This document shows, piece by piece, positions 57,284 through 64,000 of a DNA stretch of 64,000 nt. The stretch is taken from positions 14,832 to 78,831 of the forward strand of contig NZ_JALHLX010000004.1 of the NCBI RefSeq assembly GCF_022844385.1. Direction: 5' to 3'. This DNA is from Hydrogenophaga sp. Its GTDB lineage: Bacteria > Pseudomonadota > Gammaproteobacteria > Burkholderiales > Burkholderiaceae_C. The position numbers were made by a program, and so were the translations under genes. The notes under the pieces were generated by a model. It worked only from the letters and a program-made list of their open reading frames with translations, made no database searches and was not told the origin of the DNA. Every line of letters begins with the position of its first letter. Positions within the stretch are counted from its first letter, which is position 1.

Positions 57284-57928
57284 CACGATCTGGCGCCACA
57301 GGCCGTAGCCCTCGGCGCTCAGGTGCAGCTGGTCGCGCACGAACAGCTCGGGCCGAGGTCGGCCGTCGTTGTCCAGCATGGCGGTGTGCACATCGATGTA
57401 GTCCAGGTTGTCGTGCTGCAGCACGTGGGTCTGGATCAGCAGGTTGGCTTCGCGCATGGTGGCCATGAACGCCAGGCGTGAAGGGCTGGGCTTGATGGCC
57501 ATCCAGGCCACGCGCGTGGCCGGCAAGGCGCCCTGCACCTGCTGCACGAAGCGCTGGAAATGCGTCAGCAGCTCCGAAGGACTCACACCCTCGTGAATGT
57601 CGTTTTCCCCCGCATACAGCACCACCTGCCGTGGCTGGTAAGGCAGCACCAGCCGGTGCACCAGGTCGGCGTTTTCCGAGAGCCGCGAGCCACCAAAGCC
57701 GCGCTTGATCACCACGGGCTGGTCGGCAAAGGCGGTTTCCAACCCGGTCCAGAAACGGATCGACGAACTGCCGACGAACAGAACACCGCCGGGCGGCGGC
57801 ATCTGCAGGCGGTCGGCTGCGGCGAAGGCCTCGAGTTCCTTTTTCCAGCGCTGCTCGGTCGACTGGGTTTGTGCCCAAAGCGTCAGCGGCAGCAGTGCCG
57901 CCGCCAGCAGCCAACTGCGACGTCTCAT
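57263..57928 (-). CDS. SGNH/GDSL hydrolase family exported protein
   Basis: FVGSSSIRFW, RGFGGS, YAGEND, DQLHL. Confidence 0.88.
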   Translation of the reverse strand: MRRRSWLLAAALLPLTLWAQTQSTEQRWKKELEAFAAADRLQMPPPGGVLFVGSSSIRFWTGLETAFADQPVVIKRGFGGSRLSENADLVHRLVLPYQPRQVVLYAGENDIHEGVSPSELLTHFQRFVQQVQGALPATRVAWMAIKPSPSRLAFMATMREANLLIQTHVLQHDNLDYIDVHTAMLDNDGRPRPELFVRDQLHLSAEGYGLWRQIVSAHLRP

Positions 57929-58551
57929 GCGCCCTGCCCTGTCAGCATCAGGCGGCGCATCCAGCCGGCCAGCGCGCGCTCGTTTTCGTTGCCCGCTTCG
58001 TAGGCCTCGACCATCGCAGCGTGGGACTCGGGCCGGTGCTGGTTGAGCTTGACCTTGCACTGCAGCCCCGTCACGCGCAGCTCGAACGCGTGGATACCAC
58101 CCATCATCTTGTGCTGGTAGTCCTCGGGCAACGCGCGCCACTGCGCTTCGTAGGCCGGGTCGTGGTCGTGGATCAGGTGTTTGAGCAAGCGGTCCTTGTC
58201 GTCAAACGAATCGATGAAGCTCACCTGCACCCGGGCGTGAACAGCCAGGTAGCTCCAGGTCGGCACGCGGGTGAGGTCGGGATACACGCGCGGCGTCATG
58301 TAGGCCTGCGGGCCCTGGAACACCACCAGCGCGGTGTCTCGCTGGCGCAGGTGGCCGGCGTGTGGGTTGGGTCGCGCCACATGGCCCAGCAGCGTCAAGC
58401 CCCCCTCTTCTTCCACCAGGTGCAGCGGCAGCGGTGTGACAAACGGAAACCCGTCATCGTCGGTGGACACCAGACTGGCGAAGGGATGCGCACGCATGAT
58501 GTCGAGGGCGATGGCGGGGTCTTTGGCGGCGAACTGCGGCGGCAGGTACAT
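57925..58551 (-). CDS. PaiB-like FMN-binding negative transcriptional regulator family protein
   Basis: MYLPPQF, HVARPNP, GPQAYMTP, VPTWSY, KVKLNQH. Confidence 0.88.
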   Translation of the reverse strand: MYLPPQFAAKDPAIALDIMRAHPFASLVSTDDDGFPFVTPLPLHLVEEEGGLTLLGHVARPNPHAGHLRQRDTALVVFQGPQAYMTPRVYPDLTRVPTWSYLAVHARVQVSFIDSFDDKDRLLKHLIHDHDPAYEAQWRALPEDYQHKMMGGIHAFELRVTGLQCKVKLNQHRPESHAAMVEAYEAGNENERALAGWMRRLMLTGQGA

Positions 58552-58646
58552 GGCGGCCTCTTTCAGGGGGTGACTGGGCAGGTTTCAGACGGAGCCGCAG
58601 TGTATTCCCGCACCGCAAAACAAGGCGGCGGTGGGATGATGCGCTC

Positions 58647-59213
58647 ATGTCCTTTCTCCACCACCCTGTGTTCCAGAGCCTGGTTTTGCCCTTCGTGCTG
58701 GCGGTGGCCATCAGCCTGCTGTTGCGTCCCCTGGGTCTGCGGTGGTCTTCGCTGGGTGCGGCACTCGGACTGTTGCTGGCCATGGCCATGTGGCCCGGGT
58801 TCGACTGGCCGGCCGCTTCGCGCGTCCAGACACTGCCCTGGCTTGCCCTCGGCAGCACGCTGTTGGCTGCCCTGGCCATTGCCCTGAAAGCACCCGGCAC
58901 GCGCGCCATGGGGCGGCGCAACGGGCTGGTCGCCACCGTGTTGCTGACACTGATCGCGTTCGGGCTGGGCGCCTGGGGTGCATTGGGGGGCTCGCTGCTG
59001 CTGGCGCAGCTGGCCTTGATGCTGGCCACGGTTGGCGGCGTGGCCGTGTTGTGGGCGTGGCGCGCCGCGTCGGTTTCGCCGGTGTCGCTGCTGCCGCTGC
59101 TGCTCACCGGCGCTGGCATCGCGCTGTGCCTGGCCTGGTTGCCCGCGGCTGGGCCCGGGGCTGCGGAAGGAGCCGACGTTGATGACCCTTACTATGCGCC
59201 CCGGTGGAAATAG
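58647..59213 (+). CDS. Hypothetical membrane protein
   Basis: Several hydrophobic segments, ending DDPYYAPRWK. Confidence 0.6.
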   Translation: MSFLHHPVFQSLVLPFVLAVAISLLLRPLGLRWSSLGAALGLLLAMAMWPGFDWPAASRVQTLPWLALGSTLLAALAIALKAPGTRAMGRRNGLVATVLLTLIAFGLGAWGALGGSLLLAQLALMLATVGGVAVLWAWRAASVSPVSLLPLLLTGAGIALCLAWLPAAGPGAAEGADVDDPYYAPRWK

Positions 59214-59294
59214 GACGCTGATGGGCCCGCCGTCAAGTCGAGGGCTATTCCGGACATTGGCGCTTTATCGGGGTCGCAATGCGATGATGATTTG

Positions 59295-60227
59295 ATGCCC
59301 TCCACCGTGCAGAGCCCGCCCTCAACAGCCACGCTTGATGCCGCCACCGATCCGGTCGGGGATGTCCCGCGCGACTGGCCCGGGCTGTGGCTTCAGATGC
59401 TGCGAGCCCGCAACGGCGCACCCTCGCCACAGTTGAGCCACAGTCCCGAGTTCGGCTGGGCGGTTGATGACGTGATCGGCGTGCGCGCCTCGGCCCTGTT
59501 CGATCTCTACAAGCCCCTGCTCGACGCACGCGCGCGCCAGCGCCGTCCCCGGGAGCACACACCCTGGGTGGTGGCCCAGCTCGGTCAGAGCCTGGACGGC
59601 TTCGTCGCCACGCTCACCGGCGACTCCTACTACGTCAATGGCGCCCACTGCCTCTTGCATCTACACCGATTACGCGCACTCTGCGACGCGGTGGTGGTGG
59701 GTGCCGGCACGGTGGCCACCGACAACCCGCAGCTGACCACCCGGCGCGTGCCCGGGCCGCAACCGGTGCGTGTGGTGATGGACCCCGAAGCGCGGCTGGA
59801 CGGCCTCTCGCGCGTGTTTCGCGACGGCCAGGCGCCCACGCTGTGGGTCTGCGACAGCCGCCATGCGGCGCAGGCCCGCTCGCGCCTGGGGCCCGTTCCT
59901 GTTCATGCCGAGGTGCTGGCCGTTGACGACCTGCTCGCAAACGACGGCACTGCGGGATACCACCCGCAGCGGGCCGTGTCTGCCCTGGCCACGCGCGGTT
60001 TGCACCTGTTGTTCGTGGAGGGTGGCGGCATCACTGTCTCGCGTTTTTTCACCGCCGGTGCGCTGGACCGGCTGCACCTGGTGGTGGCGCCCGTGCTCAT
60101 CGGCAACGGGCGGCGCGGCCTGCAAGCCACGGCGCATGCGGTGATGGCCGACTGCCCAAGACCGAAGGTGCGCACGCTGGCGCTCGGCCAGGACATGCTC
60201 TGGGATCTGGACTTGCGTTCTTCCTAG
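59295..60227 (+). CDS. RibD C-terminal reductase-domain protein without the deaminase domain
   Basis: AQLGQSLDG, HRLRA, DAVVVGAGTV..DNPQLT, FVEGGG, PVLIGNG. Confidence 0.85.
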   Translation: MPSTVQSPPSTATLDAATDPVGDVPRDWPGLWLQMLRARNGAPSPQLSHSPEFGWAVDDVIGVRASALFDLYKPLLDARARQRRPREHTPWVVAQLGQSLDGFVATLTGDSYYVNGAHCLLHLHRLRALCDAVVVGAGTVATDNPQLTTRRVPGPQPVRVVMDPEARLDGLSRVFRDGQAPTLWVCDSRHAAQARSRLGPVPVHAEVLAVDDLLANDGTAGYHPQRAVSALATRGLHLLFVEGGGITVSRFFTAGALDRLHLVVAPVLIGNGRRGLQATAHAVMADCPRPKVRTLALGQDMLWDLDLRSS

Positions 60228-61186
60228 CCAGGCAAGGCCAGCAGATCGATGTGGCCCACCCGCAGTTGGCTGTGCGCAGCGGTGGCCAGACGGCGGCCGC
60301 GCCAGGCCGTCACAGATGAAGTTGACGCTGGGAACCGTTCGCAGGCCGCCCTCGCCATGCCCTCGATCAAGGCGCATTGCATGGCCTGGTCCTTCGGGCC
60401 GGCGATCCCATCCACCCACCAGTCGCTGGTGGCTGTGAACACACGGTAGCCCGCTGCTTCCAGCGCCTGCCGCAAGACGGGCACGGCCTGCGGCCCCAGC
60501 GCGAAACCCAGGCCCTTGTCTTGCTGCTGGTGCTCGCCAAACAGGCGGTCCACAGTCGCGTCCGCCGGGTCCCCGGGCGTCCAGACGTGGCGGCCGTCCA
60601 CATTCAGGCTCATGAGCATGGCCACGCCCGACGCCGCACTGGCCGCCACCAGCCGTTGCAGCCAGGCGGTACCCACCAGGTCGAGCAAGGCCGATGCGGT
60701 GACGAGGTCAGCGGCGTGCCAGGGCAAGGTTTCCAGTCCCGCCAAGAGGTCCATCGGTTGCCGCACGATGTCGGCCTCAAACCCTGGGCCGGCAAACGAC
60801 AACGCTTCATGCAGGCCCGCGTCGCGGCCGGTGTGGGAGCCCTCCACCGCCGCCAGGCGTTCGGGCCAGCAACGCAACAGATCCGCATCGTGGTCCACCA
60901 CCAGCCACTGCTGCGCCCCGCCCAGCCGGGGCGCGAGCCAGCGCAGGTTTGCGCCGGTGCCGCAGGCCAGGTCGATCACGCGCAACGGCCGGGTTGGGTC
61001 CGTCCGCAGCGAGGCCAGGCGATGCGTCAACTGGAGCTCACCAGCGGCGGCATCGCGTGCCACCGCATCGAACGGTTCGCGCAATTGCAGCCAGTCGGCA
61101 CTGAAGGTGGCCGTGCTCACTGGAGTACCTTCGCCCTGCGGGCTGCGGTGCGAGCTTGCTTGGGAACGGCCCGGCGCCGCGCTCAT
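60224..61186 (-). CDS. Class I SAM-dependent methyltransferase
   Basis: FSADWLQLREPFD, IDLACGTGANLR, DLVTASALLDL; ATGA overlap with the GT4 stop (alternative GTG at 61120). Confidence 0.82.
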   Translation of the reverse strand: MSAAPGRSQASSHRSPQGEGTPVSTATFSADWLQLREPFDAVARDAAAGELQLTHRLASLRTDPTRPLRVIDLACGTGANLRWLAPRLGGAQQWLVVDHDADLLRCWPERLAAVEGSHTGRDAGLHEALSFAGPGFEADIVRQPMDLLAGLETLPWHAADLVTASALLDLVGTAWLQRLVAASAASGVAMLMSLNVDGRHVWTPGDPADATVDRLFGEHQQQDKGLGFALGPQAVPVLRQALEAAGYRVFTATSDWWVDGIAGPKDQAMQCALIEGMARAACERFPASTSSVTAWRGRRLATAAHSQLRVGHIDLLALPG

Positions 61187-62247
61187 TCAACGCCCTCGAG
61201 CACGGTTGCGAACTGCGCGGCCTGCATGGGCCAGGTCGGCAAGCTTGCTGCAGCGGCGCGAGCACCCGCAGCCAGGCGCGCTCGCAGCACGGCGTCGGAC
61301 AGCACCTGCGCCAGCGCGGCCTGCAGCGGTGCCACTTCTCCGGCCGGCACCTGCAAGCCCGCGCTGGCCGGCAGCGTCTGCGCGAGCGCCCCGGCGTCGC
61401 TGGCTACCACGGGCAATCCGTGGGCCAGGGCTTCGGTGATCACCATGCCGAAACCTTCATGCAAGGAGGCGAGCACGAACACGTCGGCCGCGGCAAAGTG
61501 CTCGTGCAATGCTTGCGCGTCCACCTCGCCGTGCCATTGCACGCGTTCGCCCAAGGGCGCGGCCAGGGCCTGCAGTTGCGCTGCGGTGTCGGGGTCGCGC
61601 GTGGCGCTGCCCACGTTGTGCAGCGTCCAGTCCAGGTGGGGCAATCCGGCCAGCGCCTGCAGCAGCAGCGCATGGCCTTTGCGGGCGGTGAGCGTGGCCA
61701 CGCAGAGCAGTCGCAGGGAACCATCGGTTTTGACCGGCATCGGCGTCGGGTCCACAGGATCGGTGCCCGGCTCCACCACGGCAATCCTGGCTGGCGGCAC
61801 GCCCATCGCAGCCAAGTCTTGCGCGGTGCGCTGGCTGGTCACCACCACACGGCTTGCATGTCGCATCGCCCGGGTTTCGTCACCCAGCAGTTGCTGACAC
61901 ACCGCCTCGGGCAAACCGGTTTCCAGGTGCAGCGGGTGGTGCACCAGCGCCAGCCAGCGCAGGCGCGCGGCGTGCGGCGCCACCACCGTGTCCATTGCGC
62001 CGAAGGCCAGGCCGTCGGCCACCACCAGCGTGCCATCGGCCAGCGAAGCCACCATCTCGGCGGCGGCCGCCAGCGCAGCCGCGTCGGGGTGCGGCCAGGT
62101 GCCGCTGAGCGACAACACATCGACCCACCAACCGGCCTCGCGCAGTGCCAGCACCAGCCGGCGGTCGTAGGTGTAGCCGCCGGTGGGTGTGGTCCAGTCG
62201 CCGGGAATCAGAAAGCAGCAGGCGCGCGGGCCCGGCATGGCGCTCAC
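61183..62247 (-). CDS. GT4 family glycosyltransferase
   Basis: [43 protein letters not shown]. Confidence 0.9.
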   Translation of the reverse strand: MSAMPGPRACCFLIPGDWTTPTGGYTYDRRLVLALREAGWWVDVLSLSGTWPHPDAAALAAAAEMVASLADGTLVVADGLAFGAMDTVVAPHAARLRWLALVHHPLHLETGLPEAVCQQLLGDETRAMRHASRVVVTSQRTAQDLAAMGVPPARIAVVEPGTDPVDPTPMPVKTDGSLRLLCVATLTARKGHALLLQALAGLPHLDWTLHNVGSATRDPDTAAQLQALAAPLGERVQWHGEVDAQALHEHFAAADVFVLASLHEGFGMVITEALAHGLPVVASDAGALAQTLPASAGLQVPAGEVAPLQAALAQVLSDAVLRARLAAGARAAAASLPTWPMQAAQFATVLEGVE

Positions 62248-62678
62248 GCGGGTATGCGCACGGGCACAGCGCCTTCATAGGAGGCCCAGGCCACGTGCGA
62301 TTCGTTCAACGTCACGCGGATGTGTTGCACGCCGGCCGACCCGGCCGACGGCAAGGCGTTGGCGCCCAGCGCACCAGCCGCCAGACGCGCGGCCACGCGG
62401 TCGAAGATCAGGCGGGCCAGGAACTCTGTGGTGGTGTTGCGCCCCTTGAACTGGGGCTCTTCGTCGAGGTTGCGGAAGTTGAGCGCGGCGAGTTCTTCGC
62501 GCAGCACTTGCGTGGCCAGGCCAATGTCGACCACGATGCCGTCCGCGTCCAGCACCTCGCGGCGCAGTTCCAGGTCGACCACGTAGGTGGCGCCGTGCAT
62601 GCGCTGCGCGGGCCCGAAAACGGCGCCCTGGAAGCTGTGGGCAATCATGAAATGGTCTCTGACGTTGACGGCGTACAT
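62244..62678 (-). CDS. 6-pyruvoyltetrahydropterin synthase / QueD-like tunnel-fold protein
   Basis: [39 protein letters not shown]. Confidence 0.85.
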   Translation of the reverse strand: MYAVNVRDHFMIAHSFQGAVFGPAQRMHGATYVVDLELRREVLDADGIVVDIGLATQVLREELAALNFRNLDEEPQFKGRNTTTEFLARLIFDRVAARLAAGALGANALPSAGSAGVQHIRVTLNESHVAWASYEGAVPVRIPA

Positions 62679-62694
62679 CGTGGTGTTCTCTTGT

Positions 62695-63690
62695 TCAGTT
62701 GGGGTAATCGATGCGATGGCACAGCGTGTCGGCAGCGCCGGTTGAAAGGCGCTCCAGCACCGCGGGGAGTTCATGAAACGGTGCGCTGTGCGTGATGAGT
62801 CGGTCCAGTGCCGGGTCGGTGAGCAGGGAGAGCGCCAGTTCGAGCCGGCGGCGGTGGCTCCAGAGCCCGCGCTGAGGCGTGGCCACGTGGCCGACCTGCG
62901 AACTCTTGAGCGTGAGGCGCTGCGAGTGAAAGGCTTCGCCCAGCGGCACGCTGATCGCGCGGGTGCCGTACCAGCTGAGTTCGAGCACGGTGGCTTCAAA
63001 CGCCGCCAGCCGCAGCGCGGTCGCCAGGCCCGCGCCCTGGCCACTGGTGTGCACCACCAGGTCGGCATCGGCGCGCGCGCTGTCCGGCAGGGAGAAGCCG
63101 GCGCCGAGTGCCCGGGCCACATCGGCGCGGCCAGCCTCGGTGTCGACCACCTGCACTTCGCAGCCCGGCAACCGGGCCGCCAGCCAGGCCACCAGCAGGC
63201 CCAGCGTGCCGCCGCCCACCACCGCGATGCGGTCGCCCAGGCGCGGTGCGGCGTCCCACAATGCGTTGATGGCCGTTTCCAGGTTGGCCGCCAGCACGGC
63301 GCGCGCAGCCGGCACACCCGCGGGCAAGGGAATCACGGCGGAGGCCGGCACCTGGTACACGGTCTGGTGCGGGTACAGGCAGAACACGGTGCGCCCCAGC
63401 AGATCGCTGGGCCCGGCCTCGACCACGCCCACATTCACATAGCCGTATTTCACCGGACCGGGGAAGTCGTCTTGCTGGAACGGGGCGCGCATGCGCTGCC
63501 ACTCGCTGGCCGGCACCTCGCCGCGGAACACCAGGCCTTCCGTGCCCCGGCTCACACCGGTGTGCAGGGTGCGCACACGCACCTCACCGTCGGCCAACGG
63601 CGGCAGCGATTCTTCGCGGATCTCGGCGTGGCCGGGCTCCACGGTCCAGCAGGCCTGAGCGGTGATCGGGGAGCGTGAAGGTGATGCCAT
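62695..63690 (-). CDS. MDR-superfamily (zinc-binding alcohol dehydrogenase-like) oxidoreductase
   Basis: [55 protein letters not shown]. Confidence 0.85.
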   Translation of the reverse strand: MASPSRSPITAQACWTVEPGHAEIREESLPPLADGEVRVRTLHTGVSRGTEGLVFRGEVPASEWQRMRAPFQQDDFPGPVKYGYVNVGVVEAGPSDLLGRTVFCLYPHQTVYQVPASAVIPLPAGVPAARAVLAANLETAINALWDAAPRLGDRIAVVGGGTLGLLVAWLAARLPGCEVQVVDTEAGRADVARALGAGFSLPDSARADADLVVHTSGQGAGLATALRLAAFEATVLELSWYGTRAISVPLGEAFHSQRLTLKSSQVGHVATPQRGLWSHRRRLELALSLLTDPALDRLITHSAPFHELPAVLERLSTGAADTLCHRIDYPN

Positions 63691-63769
63691 GAACGAAAAG
63701 GGATATGCCGTGTCAGAAGGGTCGTGCGTGCCATGATGGCCGCGACCTGCCAACCGGCGGGGCCATCTT

Positions 63770-64000
63770 ATGTTGCAGACGATGAAAACCGCAGGCAGCT
63801 CACCCTTTACGCCCCAGCCCCGTCAGGACATCGCGGACCGCCGGGGTCTGGCGCGCGACGCTGCGCGCGACCTCGCCGTGGTGGGCTTGCTGGTGCTGCT
63901 CACTGGCTTCGGGTTGGCCGCTTCAGCGGGTCTGGGTCTCGACCACGTCGTCAAGGCCTTGCTGGTGTACGCCGCAGGCGCCTGGCTGGTGTGGCGTGGC
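63770..64000 (+). CDS. Membrane protein, probably a CDP-alcohol phosphatidyltransferase; runs off the window
   Basis: Open frame MLQTMK...LAVVGLLVLLTGFGLAAS...LLVYAAGAWLVWRG. The product is inferred from the neighbourhood; the catalytic motif is not in view. Confidence 0.45.
   Translation, partial: MLQTMKTAGSSPFTPQPRQDIADRRGLARDAARDLAVVGLLVLLTGFGLAASAGLGLDHVVKALLVYAAGAWLVWRG

Noticed and set aside
59295-62678. Ordinary riboflavin (ribD) or queuosine (queD) genes
   Set aside because: The RibD-like protein has no deaminase domain, the QueD-like protein lacks the Cys and HGH motif, and no other rib or que genes are adjacent.

Overview
A GC-rich betaproteobacterial window; gene content suggests Comamonadaceae (inference). 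It has two parts. About 1-45.1 kb is an accessory, island-like region. It holds (i) two convergent operons encoding an FAD-oxidoreductase-SelD fusion, a DedA-flavoprotein reductase fusion, TIGR04283/TIGR04282-type transferases, an ArsS-type radical SAM enzyme, a PhnCDE-like ABC transporter, a metallophosphoesterase-like protein and an MTA phosphorylase; (ii) a SigF/NrsF-type ECF sigma/anti-sigma pair, with six visible TGTAAC-N16/17-CG(A/T) promoter copies linking that cluster to a bufferin-type RiPP operon (DUF2282/DUF692/DUF2063/DoxX); (iii) thiol-redox genes, a cusCBA-type efflux system and a rearranged merR-merT-merP locus with no true merA; (iv) gene remnants and a small operon pairing a Pth2-like protein with an Eco1-like acetyltransferase; and (v) a divergent Tn7-like tnsA-tnsB-tnsC-tniQ module. 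From about 45.2 kb the window looks like core chromosome: a polar amino-acid ABC transporter with an M14 deacylase, a penicillin acylase-family enzyme, a cyclase-FHA protein, LD-carboxypeptidase, an in-frame TadA-haloalkane dehalogenase fusion, OpgC, and the start of an uncharacterised RibD/methyltransferase/GT4/PTPS-like/dehydrogenase/CDP-alcohol transferase cluster. I saw no rRNA, tRNA or CRISPR array. All family calls come from motif recognition by eye; no database searches were run. The best candidates for an undescribed system are the ECF-controlled selenium/arsenic nucleoside-sugar pathway and the Pth2-like/GNAT pair next to the Tn7-like module.
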